The notes under the pieces are model-generated. The model was given only the letters and a program-made list of their open reading frames with translations, did not search any database and was not told where the DNA came from. Position numbers and translations under genes: made by a program. A stretch of DNA of 62,106 bases, the filler included. It is 6 parts of 6 records of this genome, joined end to end, with 100 filler letters (N's around TTAATTAATTAA, not from the genome) between each part and the next. Parts side by side here need not be neighbours in the genome. Positions count along the whole stretch, not along the records: positions 34,113 to 45,651 come from SRR20825019_70; positions 45,752 to 51,250 come from SRR20825019_71; 4 more parts are not named here. The stretch is one strand, 5' to 3'. Shown here one piece after another: positions 41,720 to 51,250 of the stretch (position 1 is its first letter; each line of letters begins with the position of its first letter).

Positions 41720-42046
41720 TGTAGAAGAGCAATTTTTTTCATCTACAAATCGTAGAAGAAATAATCAAAGAAAAAACATCAAACTGCTTTAAAACGAAAT
41801 AGAATCTAATTAGATACAATAATGAAAAATTTAAAAAACTTCCATTTTAGTCTTTTGATACAACAACAAAAATCTTCATCTACAAAGTGCATATTTTATT
41901 TTGAACTAATCTACTCATGGCAACTACCACCATAGTTGGCTTAGATGTCAATTTGTAGAACGAGTAGATGTATTCCCATTTTAAACGCATGGAAAATAAA
42001 GCTATAAAAAAGAAGTAATTACACTTCTTATCTACTTAATCTACTC
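41720..42046. repeat. Iteron-like TCTAC/GTAGA repeat cluster (putative origin)
   Basis: About 9 copies in both orientations, including TTCATCTACAAA x2, GTAGAAGA x2 and TAATCTACTC x2, in AT-rich non-coding DNA. Confidence 0.6.
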
Positions 42047-42082
42047 CTCAATATTAGAGTTTAACATAAACAATTAATAGAA

Positions 42083-42790
42083 ATGAAAAAGATTTTGATT
42101 TACCAAGAAAGTGAACATAGACAATTCGAGAAAACCCTATCAGAAACAATAGACACGCTAAAAGAGGCACAAACCGAACTTAAGAAACAGGGAGTTACAG
42201 GTGTGACTTTGGAGATGCAAAAAAGCGGTGAGTTTGTTGAAATATTTAATCAATACCACAAAAAACAGCAAGGAAAGGACAACATCACCAAGCACATGTT
42301 GTTCGACAAATACTTGGAGCTTTACGGTTATGAAACCGAAAAACTGAAAAAGCTGGAAAGGAGATATCTAAGTCAAACTCAATGTGATTATCCGTTTTAT
42401 GCAAGCAATGATAGTTTTTACAAGTATTGCGAATCACATTGGCGACAGAAACCACAGCTCAAGGAATATTATGAAAAGGCACCGAACAAAAAGGTTTACA
42501 GGGTTTTTGACTTCTTGACTATAGACGGAAACAAATGCCACTTAGAAGTGCCAAAAGAATTTTTTACTTTATACTCTACTAGCAGAAAACAGTTTAAAAT
42601 CATTGATAATGTTAAGACCTACGTAAGGATTTGTAAGGAATTAGATGTTGATTACGATGATATTTTAAAACCAATTGAAAAGTACCTAGATCACTTTATC
42701 AATACTTGGGCAGGAGTACAAAGGTTTGGTCTTAGCAGGGATTTAAACGAAATCAATTTCGATTTCAGAAAACTTTTAACGTATAAATAA
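42083..42790 (+). CDS. Hypothetical protein
   Basis: 235-aa ORF with an ATG start; no motif recognised. Confidence 0.7.
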   Translation: MKKILIYQESEHRQFEKTLSETIDTLKEAQTELKKQGVTGVTLEMQKSGEFVEIFNQYHKKQQGKDNITKHMLFDKYLELYGYETEKLKKLERRYLSQTQCDYPFYASNDSFYKYCESHWRQKPQLKEYYEKAPNKKVYRVFDFLTIDGNKCHLEVPKEFFTLYSTSRKQFKIIDNVKTYVRICKELDVDYDDILKPIEKYLDHFINTWAGVQRFGLSRDLNEINFDFRKLLTYK

Positions 42791-42934
42791 ATGGCAAAAA
42801 AAGTAAAGATTTTAGAAGGTACCCGTACTCCAGATTTAGAAAAGAAAATTAACGAACTTTTAAAGAAAGGTTGGGGTATTCGTGGAAGTATTACCCAAGG
42901 TGTCCATTGTCTTGTAGTGATGATGGAAAAGTAA
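42791..42934 (+). CDS. Small DUF1737-like protein, 47 aa (not in ORF track)
   Basis: MAKKVKILEGTRTPDLEKKINELLKKGWGIRGSITQGVHCLVVMMEK*; abuts the upstream stop. Confidence 0.65.
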   Translation: MAKKVKILEGTRTPDLEKKINELLKKGWGIRGSITQGVHCLVVMMEK

Positions 42935-42956
42935 GACTAATTTTTATTAGTGAAGG

Positions 42957-42992
42957 AAAAGGGTAGCATTATTTCAGCTTGGCTGCCCTTTT
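42957..42992. terminator. Intrinsic terminator closing the core operon of the element
   Basis: AAAAGGGTAGC...GCTGCCCTTTT. Confidence 0.65.
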
Positions 42993-43034
42993 CAATTTAT
43001 CAATGTTTCGATTTAATTCAGACGTCAAAAGGTG

Positions 43035-43223
43035 TCATTTCCAAAGACTTTTTCCAAGAAAAGGAGTATTTGTTTCGGCGCAACGGCAATAATGCATAAC
43101 AACTTCCGTAACCAAATCCAAATCAGTGTTGGATGCCTTTAAATAGGCGTGCGCAACATATTGCGGAAGAAAGTCGATGTCGGGTAAGTAACTAAATATT
43201 TTATATTGTAGGCCGTAATTCAA
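43035..43223 (-). CDS. Possible small hypothetical protein
   Basis: 62-aa ORF with a TTG start, converging on the terminator. Confidence 0.35.
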   Translation of the reverse strand: MNYGLQYKIFSYLPDIDFLPQYVAHAYLKASNTDLDLVTEVVMHYCRCAETNTPFLGKSLWK

Positions 43224-43313
43224 AATTTTAAACTAATTTCAGCGTTCTAGAATCCCCCCCTAATTTTATTTAACCAGTTTAAAGGTGTAAGTTTTTTATT
43301 ACTTAATAACTGT

Positions 43314-43321
43314 TATATTTG
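43314..43321 (+). promoter_or_regulatory. Bacteroidetes -7 promoter element for the cargo operon
   Basis: TATATTTG (TAnnTTTG) 18 nt before the ATG at 43340. Confidence 0.6.
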
Positions 43322-43339
43322 AAAAGCATATTCCTATAG

Positions 43340-44269
43340 ATGGATAAAATTGAATTCATTTTAAGCAAAGATTCTCAAGGTAATCCTATAAGCCTTGATG
43401 GCATGGGTCTTAGTGCTACAAAATCTTTCAGGACAATACTTGATGCTTTGATTAATATTGTAGAGTATGAAGAAAATCTAAACTTAAAGATAGGCCTTAG
43501 GAAGTCTAGTGCAGCTGAATGTATAATTGGTGCTTCTGCAGATTTAGATATAGTTTATAATAAAATTAAAGATGCTTCAGAAGGAAGCTCTAAAAGGGAA
43601 AGAGTTTATGTGAATAATCTTAATGTAATCCGAAATAATTTAGAAAATAAAGAGGAGTATTCAATTACATATATAAAGAATAATAACCCTACTAATTTAA
43701 AGCCTTTATTCACCAATAAATTTAAAACCATCAGGCTTAGAGATGAGACTGAAAATAATTTTAATGTCCAATTCTTTGAAGCATACCTTGAGGAAAATGG
43801 AGGGAAAAAGCCCAATTTTCATATAGTATCTGGCGGCGAAGATTTTACCATTCAATGCAAGAATAAGAATGAAGCAAGAAAAGTTAATCCTTTTCTTTAT
43901 CAGACATTTCATATTTCAGCTTGGGCAAAAGCAAAGAAGGATGGAATGGAATATACATTTTGTGACTTATATGTAGGAGATTCACAAAAATATTATCAAG
44001 ATTTTAAAGATTTTTTTAATAATCTTAAAGGTAAGAATGGAACCGAACCATTCCATTTGATTTCCGAAAAACTAGAAAGCTTTTATAATGAAAAAGATTA
44101 TTCTGGTGCCAAAAAGTTCATTAGAGTCTTTTTAAATAAGTATTCAACCCCAACATATTTAAGAACAATTTTACTAATCTCTAAAGGCTTCAAAGATGAT
44201 GACTATCTAGGGGATATAATTAAAGAAGTTCAAAACTATTTGGTTAAACAGATAGGAAATATATATTAG
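43340..44269 (+). CDS. Uncharacterised cargo protein A (alpha/beta N-domain, OB-like middle, helical C-domain)
   Basis: 309 aa, AT-rich; beta-rich LEENGGKKPNFHI...TIQC...FLY segment; 1 nt from the next gene. Confidence 0.7.
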   Translation: MDKIEFILSKDSQGNPISLDGMGLSATKSFRTILDALINIVEYEENLNLKIGLRKSSAAECIIGASADLDIVYNKIKDASEGSSKRERVYVNNLNVIRNNLENKEEYSITYIKNNNPTNLKPLFTNKFKTIRLRDETENNFNVQFFEAYLEENGGKKPNFHIVSGGEDFTIQCKNKNEARKVNPFLYQTFHISAWAKAKKDGMEYTFCDLYVGDSQKYYQDFKDFFNNLKGKNGTEPFHLISEKLESFYNEKDYSGAKKFIRVFLNKYSTPTYLRTILLISKGFKDDDYLGDIIKEVQNYLVKQIGNIY

Positions 44270-44270
44270 T

Positions 44271-44999
44271 ATGCCCGAAGCAATTGATACCCAAACCATA
44301 CATTCGCAATTACTAAAGGTAAATGAAATCGATGATTCTAAGGATTTCGTTGCAATTTCATGTGAAATAAACGATACAGGAGAGTGTCAGCACTCAGGTT
44401 TAGTTATTTGTTTTCTTGGTGAAATTAAATATTTCCACTTTGGAGGGAAGGAAGTCTTTTTAGACAATATTACAGCAAATCTTGAAAAGCTTGATTCATT
44501 ATATGTAAAGCATCTTGATGTGGTTAAGGAAGAGGAAGTGGCAACTTTTCTAGGACATTGTGAAAAATTAAAAAAAGAGGGAGTAATTCCTCAATATGGC
44601 TTTGTGTTTAACAATTCATATTATGACTCACAATCCAAGGAGTCCTATCTCGTTAATGCAACACATGATATAACAACGTGTGTTGGATTTTGCATCAAAG
44701 TTATTAGAGGTTTTTTGGACAACAATCCTGAATATATGAAAATTTCAGATTGGGATGAGTCTACTCTTGATGGTGCTCCGGACGCACTTTTATTGTACAT
44801 GAAGCATTATCTTAAAAAATATGCAGAGGCAGAGGGTATAGATTACATGGATTTATTTAGTCAGGATGAACTCAAGAGAATTCTACCATCTGAACTAATT
44901 ACTTCTGGTTTTTTCAAAGATTTGCCAATAACTAAGATTAATATATCTAGTATTTGCCCTATAGTTCAAGGGTATTTTAAGCAAATTAAAGTAGCATAA
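44271..44999 (+). CDS. Cargo protein B, putative permuted papain-like (NlpC/P60 superfamily) Cys hydrolase
   Basis: His41 (QHSGL), His56 (YFHF), Tyr109 and Cys137 (TTCVGF) in His-before-Cys order; no signal peptide. Confidence 0.6.
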   Translation: MPEAIDTQTIHSQLLKVNEIDDSKDFVAISCEINDTGECQHSGLVICFLGEIKYFHFGGKEVFLDNITANLEKLDSLYVKHLDVVKEEEVATFLGHCEKLKKEGVIPQYGFVFNNSYYDSQSKESYLVNATHDITTCVGFCIKVIRGFLDNNPEYMKISDWDESTLDGAPDALLLYMKHYLKKYAEAEGIDYMDLFSQDELKRILPSELITSGFFKDLPITKINISSICPIVQGYFKQIKVA

Positions 45000-45514
45000 T
45001 ACTTAACACAAACCTTAGACTAAGATTCGCTCCCAATCCTGTTCAGGCAAATTATATCTGTCAACTACCAATATGACATGAATTTCCTTACTTGGGTAGT
45101 ACATTTAGAAGCTGGAGTTTACATAGTTGGGCCCCGTCTTTGATGTACCATCGTTAAACCATACCTCAAAATTGGTGCAAAATAGGAAGATGTCAAAAAA
45201 GGATATGTAACTATGGGGTAGACAAAGGATTTAGCCCTAAATGATTTTTTTGGAATTTTAAAGTGGAGAGAGGGGGTTTCGCAAAAAAATGATAAAAACA
45301 CCACGATTCGTGGTAATAGTGGCAAAAATTTTCAAAGCTTCTTTTCGTAGCTATGGTAATAGCATTAATCGAATTGATATTTTGCTCAGAAAAAGTTTGT
45401 AAAAAAAGTGCCAATATTACCGCTTTTGTCTTGAATCCTTTGTTGTTACTGAGTAAGAGTATGTCGTTTTTGAAAAATAAGTAACACGATTTGTGTTGGA
45501 AGTGTTGTTTTGGG

Positions 45515-45649
45515 TTATTTCCCTGACTTTCTTCTGTTACAGTCTTTACAGAGCATTTGGCAATTCTCCTCCACAGTTTTTCCGCCCTCATGCCATGGTG
45601 TAATATGGTCGCCTTCCATTTTGGCTATTTCGGAGTGATGGTGCCACCT
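45515..45649 (-). CDS. HNH endonuclease domain, C-terminal fragment (not in ORF track)
   Basis: Manual translation ..[34 protein letters not shown]; truncated by contig end. Confidence 0.85.
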   Translation of the reverse strand, partial: RWHHHSEIAKMEGDHITPWHEGGKTVEENCQMLCKDCNRRKSGK

Positions 45650-45651
45650 GT

Positions 45652-45751
45652 NNNNNNNNNNNNNNNNNNNNNNNNNNNNNNNNNNNNNNNNNNNNTTAAT
45701 TAATTAANNNNNNNNNNNNNNNNNNNNNNNNNNNNNNNNNNNNNNNNNNNN
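45652..45751. other. Artificial contig spacer
   Basis: N44-TTAATTAATTAA-N44. Confidence 0.98.
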
Positions 45752-48315
45752 CCCCCTCCATTATTTACCATGAAGGGTGGTGGTGGTCCCCCTGGCATCA
45801 TCATGGGGTACTGACCGTGAGGGAGGTACTGGCCATGTGTAGGTGGGTGGACGGGGGTAACATTATAGGTTGCCCCTGTGACGGGACAGGTAACCAATGT
45901 TGGGCCTGTGGCACCAAGCACCTGCTGGAAGGGAAAGCGATGGAAGGAATCCATGTACTGGTGAGGCTGGTGGTGATGCATGGGGGGTGGGGCATTGGAG
46001 CGTGAGAAGTGCCCAGTGGCAGAGGCTGGCATGTTGGAGGATGCAGACTTTTTGGAAACGTTGGTGCCGAGAGGGTTAGCACTTGGATTGGCGTTGTTGT
46101 TGTTGGAATCGCCCTTCTTCTTAGAGGAGGGGGCATTGTTGTTGTTACCAGAACCACCCTCCCCACCGCCAGCGGCAGCAGCTTCTTGCTTCTTCTTGGC
46201 CTCCAAGATCTTGGTAGTGTGCTGGCTAATCGCAGCAGTGAATACCGCACAAAGCGCCACAGCCTCAATGGTAGAATCCACAAGGGACATCAGACTAGAG
46301 GGGAAGCACCATGGCAATAACTCCTTCTTGAAGTCATCGATTTTTGAAGAAATTTCAATCCTCTCTTGGGACTCTCCAGGGTAGTGTGTGACGACGTCCT
46401 TGATGCCTGGGATGGTACTCTCCATGTACTTCTGGACAGAAATCAGCTCCGCCACCAATGTATTACGGAGGACGGATACCTTATCGTTTCCACTGCAGAT
46501 GTACTCCCTAAACCTAAGGGAGTCTGAGAGGGCGAGGTAGAGCATGAGGGCTACAAAGCGGTGGCCGGCGGGGTAGACAGATGCGCGGGTAGCGTTGCAG
46601 GGGGTATCAGGGGGAGTAGAGGCAGCATCGATCTCCTTTCCAGGGTTAGGGACTCCTACTTGGGTCTCATAGTATGCGACGAGTAGTAGATAGTGATGAG
46701 CACAGTGGAGGAGCTCCATCAAGACCTCATGAGTTGCCTCAGGAGTCATAATATTGAGGCGAAGCTGCTTGGAAAAACTACGAAGCGTGAAGGTGATAGC
46801 ATCTGCCTTCTCTTCGACAGCCGACTCCTTGGCCTCGAGGGAACGGCCTGCCATTGGGCACCCATCTCGCTGAGCCTTGCGAGTCTCCAGAACAACACTC
46901 ACAGCCTTGGTCCAGTTACGAGTTAATTGACGAATTCTCTCAATAAATAGGGGGCGTAGGATGTCGTGAAGGAAGGTACGCTTGGGGGCCTCGGTGATGG
47001 TCGCGATGAGCTTTGATCCCAACTCTCGCTCAAGAGCCTCGGAGGCATCATGGGGCTTCTGTTGCTGTGGGGCAGTGGTGTCATCGCCAGCTACTGCAAC
47101 CTTCTCATCACTACCGCCTTGTGGACGACGTGGTGGGGCAGCGAGTAAAAAGGAGGGGACCGTAACCATCTTTGGCGCACCACAGGAGTCGCTCAGCATA
47201 CGCAGATGGAGGTCATAATACCGCTCACAGAAGGCGTTGGTGGAGGCCTTCATAAATGCCAGTGCCATTGGCTTAGCAAGGTCGCGGGAGAGGAAGGATG
47301 CGACGGGACCTGGGAGGGTAGTAGGGGGAGATGCTCCATCGGTTCCACTCCCCTCATCAGAAGAGTCACCGCCCTTTTTGACGCTGGAGGTTCCAAATAC
47401 GGCAACGTGCTGCAGTTCCTTCTTATCACGCTGAAGTGTCTTGAGGGTGACCCTGTTGAACAGTGCGGTTATTTCCGAGGCGGAGTGCTTGCTCTCACGG
47501 TACCGACGGAAGAGGCTCTTAATATCCGCCTTGTTACGACCAACGGCGGGATGCGAGTCTAAGTCATCGTCCTCAGAGGACGCCCCTCCGTTGTTGTTGT
47601 GGTGGTGCACGGTGTCCTTCCACTTGGAGCTAGCAGTGGCGGCTGCTGCAGCTGTAGTAGCGGCGACTACCCCTGGGCAAGGCCCACCTTGCTTCGTAGG
47701 AGGGGCAGATGGGATGGAGGCAAGCTGGTTGGCAAATGGACATCCACCTGAAGCGGGTACGGCTGAAGTCACAGCGGCATCTTGAGTTGTAGTTGTAGTA
47801 GCGGCTGCCTTTTTACCGGTGTAGGGGCAAACTTGAGGGGATGCGGGCAGGTCTTGAGAGGAGGGTGTCTGAACGGTTGTGATAGTTACAGCTGTCTCGT
47901 CGGCGTCAAACTCGGAAGGAGGTGGGGTGCGTCGGAGAGGTGAGAGGCCCAGTTGGTAGCGCATGTACGGACACGTATGCGCAGCTTGACCGGTCACCCA
48001 GTTGTCACTTGGGGCAAGAACAGGTGAGTTGGTGTTGTCAGTTGTGCTTGCGCCATCAGTGTCTGCACCCATGTGGCTGCTAGACTCGTCGTCTCCGCGG
48101 GTAGAAGAAGCTACTACTCCAGAGAAGGGGCATCGACGAACCTTGCTGTTGTTCGATGATAAACCCTCATGCTGTAAGGGAGATCGTAGTGCATCCACAA
48201 GCTTCTTAGTGAAATCAAAGTTGTAATCAACAGTGTTGTCCTCACTGAAGTCAGTACCATCAAAGTCGAACGTATCGTCGTAGTTCGTGTCGATTTGGGG
48301 AGGTGAGTTGGGCAT
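45752..48315 (-). CDS. Eukaryotic hypothetical protein with seven Cys-Pro motifs (3' truncated)
   Basis: Intron-less ORF of over 850 aa with low-complexity N/T/A/P tracts; CPF, CPY x2, CPF, CPG, CPM and CPV motifs. Confidence 0.8.
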
Positions 48316-48582
48316 TCTTATGAACAACTAATATTTTTAAAATTTTAATTTATTAATGTTGTTGACTATTGCTTGATTCCTACGACTTTTAAATTTAAGC
48401 AGAATTTTGAAAGGAAAACGGGATGAGGAGGAAATGGAAGTGTATTAATTAATCAAATAGGAAAATGAGTACACACATCAATGCTCAGAACGTTAAAAAC
48501 ATCGAATACAAATAATACATAATTTTACAAACGACACACACCACATTTTTTGTATTGTGGGGGGTCTCTACTCCTCTTCATT

Positions 48583-49569
48583 TCATTCTGAGGCGGCGGG
48601 GATGTATTTGTCTGCCAGCTCCTGGATGCGCTTCTTCACATCAGCCGACATGATCCTCCTCTTTACATGAGGGGCTGATGCTGGGCAAGGTGGTAGTGTT
48701 GGCTTGGGGCTCATAAGTGCCTGGGGACCTTCGTTGAGTAGCACCCTGTATTGGGGGTAGTGCTTATCGATTAGTCGGTCGGCAGTGGGGTGGGCAATAT
48801 TCCGTGGGAGGACCAATGTTACCTTCTCACCACGGTCATTAGCGACGGTAGTGGGACGAAGAGGTACACGGTTCTTACTGGAAAAGTGAGCCACATTATG
48901 AAGGTGTGAATGGAAGCGTAACACGTTAGATTTATCTTGATTGATCTTTCGGGTTAGTTTCTTGCTGGCAAGCTTCTGTCGTTCCTGAAATGCTGCACTT
49001 TGAACGTAACCATTCATATCAACGAACATTGATGGCTTCCTTTCACTTTCGGCAGCCTCGGCATCAAGATGTAGCTTCACCTCGTCGGACATCTTTGCCC
49101 ACTGGGCCTTCACTGTCTGCTTTCCTCGATGGCGATTGGGTAGTGGATGGGAGGAGGTGGAGCCCTTATACACCGGCTTAAAGGGCTGATTGAGAATCTC
49201 CTCTTCTGTCTTCCCTTTTGGGAGTGGGCGGGGTGTTGCGTAGAACTGGTGATTTGATCGAGGGGATACGTACCTGGGTTGGTCCGGCTTCGACGGGCGA
49301 CGACCTGAGGACACCCGAGGGGACCGGCCAGTGGCGGTAGATGCAGCAATGATGGTGTTATCGGCTACTACCTCCATTCCGACGATGGTTCCCCTAATAT
49401 CATCCTCCTCATTCTCCTCCTTGTCGATGGACTTGAGGAAGGTGTTATCACAAAGGAGAGTGCGTACCTTGTGGAGAGAGCGTTTTGGGGGTCGTGGAGT
49501 AGGAGGTAGGGGGGTGGGATTACCTTCCTCCCAAAGCGCATTTTGAACTTGTGCGGAGTTAAATGTCAT
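48583..49569 (-). CDS. Eukaryotic hypothetical basic Pro-rich protein
   Basis: 328-aa intron-less ORF flanked by AT-rich spacers. Confidence 0.75.
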   Translation of the reverse strand: MTFNSAQVQNALWEEGNPTPLPPTPRPPKRSLHKVRTLLCDNTFLKSIDKEENEEDDIRGTIVGMEVVADNTIIAASTATGRSPRVSSGRRPSKPDQPRYVSPRSNHQFYATPRPLPKGKTEEEILNQPFKPVYKGSTSSHPLPNRHRGKQTVKAQWAKMSDEVKLHLDAEAAESERKPSMFVDMNGYVQSAAFQERQKLASKKLTRKINQDKSNVLRFHSHLHNVAHFSSKNRVPLRPTTVANDRGEKVTLVLPRNIAHPTADRLIDKHYPQYRVLLNEGPQALMSPKPTLPPCPASAPHVKRRIMSADVKKRIQELADKYIPAASE

Positions 49570-49738
49570 ATTATTTTATAAATGTTGTGTTCACTAACTT
49601 GTGAATGTAAAAATGCTTTTAAAGGAGGGAAATAAGGGACAACACATATACATTTAGAGGATATCGAGTGCAGTAGTAGTTAAATAAATATTTGTTTAAA
49701 AAAAGTAAAGTAGGATATCATCATCTTCAACGGGTAAA

Positions 49739-51163
49739 TTAGATCGTTGGTTGATGATGAGAGAGTTGTCGGACAGTCCAAGGGGCAGTACCTTGCAACT
49801 GCCGACTGGCTTCGAATGTGACACTACGAATCGTCACCCCCTCCGAAGATGTTGTTGTTGCTGTATTTTCCTCTCCGACGTTGTTGTTACTGGTGATCAT
49901 GTGAAGAGGAATATCACAGGGAGGTAGCTGCAGCGCAGAGCGACTGTACCACCTCAGCACAAGGGGGCTAGAGTTGTTGATAATGGGGAGCTCCACCGCT
50001 TTCCACGGGTTCTCTTTCCCCGAGGCAATGTTGTGAGCCAAGTTGGTATTATCCTCCCTATCTTCGTACTGTAAGACCTCCCCTGTAGCTCCGTTTACAA
50101 TCTCAATCCGTGTGGCAAACACGAATGGCTCCCCGATCTCGTCCCGGCCAACAAAGGAGATGAGGGACTTGGTGGAGTCCCAAGATATGACAAACCGCCT
50201 CGTTACTGTTGGTTCTGGTACTGTGACCCCAAGTGCCTCTGCAAGCCGCATCATGACCGTGTCGCAGTCATGGAAAATGCGAATTTTTGCCCGCGAATCG
50301 TACTCAGTCTTTTGTAGGTTGACAATGACGTACTTTCCCTGGTTCGTACCGACGTGCATCATTGCCGAGCAAGAGATAATTCGAAGAGATGTTCCAAGAC
50401 ATATCAGACAGTCAACATCCTCCGATGCAGCATCTGCCGCCTCTTGTACCTCAGGGGCGAGGTTCTCACCGAAATGAACAATGGTGTCTTGTAGCTGTCC
50501 CGTGCAGTTTGGTGTGAGGACGCATGGGCCTAATACATGACTGCCTTCTCCGTGTACATCTAAAGGATCAGCCCCCTCCGAATCGCATCGTGTGAGGAAG
50601 CTATCCGCGGAGGCATACTTGATACATGTGTCGCACCTAGCCCGCCGGGAGTTGCCGTGTAGTTCGGATAGCTGCTTGGAGTGTACCCCCGAGGCCCGAT
50701 GCAATCCATCAATATTAGTAGAGATGATGGTCTTGATGTACCCTGCCTCCATTATGGCCTGTAATGCTCGATGTGTTACACCAGCCCTCCCCATCTCGGC
50801 CCAGTGTTGGTAGGCATGATTCCCTTGTATGATGAGGGAGCGTAGGTGGCCCTTCTCAGCCACATCGGTGGAAGTCTGTAGGCGCTGTACTAGTGTCCAT
50901 TTACCCAAAGGACCGCGATAGTCAGGAATCCCTGCTCCCGTACTAACTCCCGCCCCTGTCATAATAATCACTGACTTGGACTTCTTGATAAGCTTTGATA
51001 GTTGATTGATGTGCGCGTTGAGGGTAGTGTCATCCTCTTTGGTTTCGAGGACGTAGTCTGGGTTAGTATGTGGTTGCATGGTGTCGTCTTCCTCCACGTA
51101 CTGAACACCTCTACCACCATCACCCTCACTAGTGGGAACATGGGAATGTAGAGAATGGGACAT
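49739..51163 (-). CDS. Class IV sirtuin (SIRT6/SIRT7-like NAD-dependent deacylase)
   Basis: GAGVSTGAGIPDYRGPLGKWT, NIDGLH, ELHGN, CxxC..C..C, DTIVHFGE, LGTSL and IVNLQKT motifs. Confidence 0.9.
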   Translation of the reverse strand: MSHSLHSHVPTSEGDGGRGVQYVEEDDTMQPHTNPDYVLETKEDDTTLNAHINQLSKLIKKSKSVIIMTGAGVSTGAGIPDYRGPLGKWTLVQRLQTSTDVAEKGHLRSLIIQGNHAYQHWAEMGRAGVTHRALQAIMEAGYIKTIISTNIDGLHRASGVHSKQLSELHGNSRRARCDTCIKYASADSFLTRCDSEGADPLDVHGEGSHVLGPCVLTPNCTGQLQDTIVHFGENLAPEVQEAADAASEDVDCLICLGTSLRIISCSAMMHVGTNQGKYVIVNLQKTEYDSRAKIRIFHDCDTVMMRLAEALGVTVPEPTVTRRFVISWDSTKSLISFVGRDEIGEPFVFATRIEIVNGATGEVLQYEDREDNTNLAHNIASGKENPWKAVELPIINNSSPLVLRWYSRSALQLPPCDIPLHMITSNNNVGEENTATTTSSEGVTIRSVTFEASRQLQGTAPWTVRQLSHHQPTI

Positions 51164-51250
51164 TGCTGTTGTATTTACAAAAAAAAACACAATGTGCCGA
51201 TATATACAACTATTTATAAAATATTGCCTGCTATCAAAAAATATGGGTAC

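Larger units (their letters stand above)
37535..45651. mobile_element. Satellite-like integrative element (right end not in contig)
   Basis: att fragment, tyrosine integrase, excisionase, helicase, repeat-rich region and AT-rich cargo. Confidence 0.8.

Noticed and set aside
41696-42082. Possible CRISPR array
   Set aside because: Repeats are only 5-12 bp, irregularly spaced and in both orientations; no cas genes are present
45119-45591. ORFs 45119-45325 and 45211-45591
   Set aside because: No recognisable motifs; the second overlaps the HNH frame out of phase, so both are probably spurious
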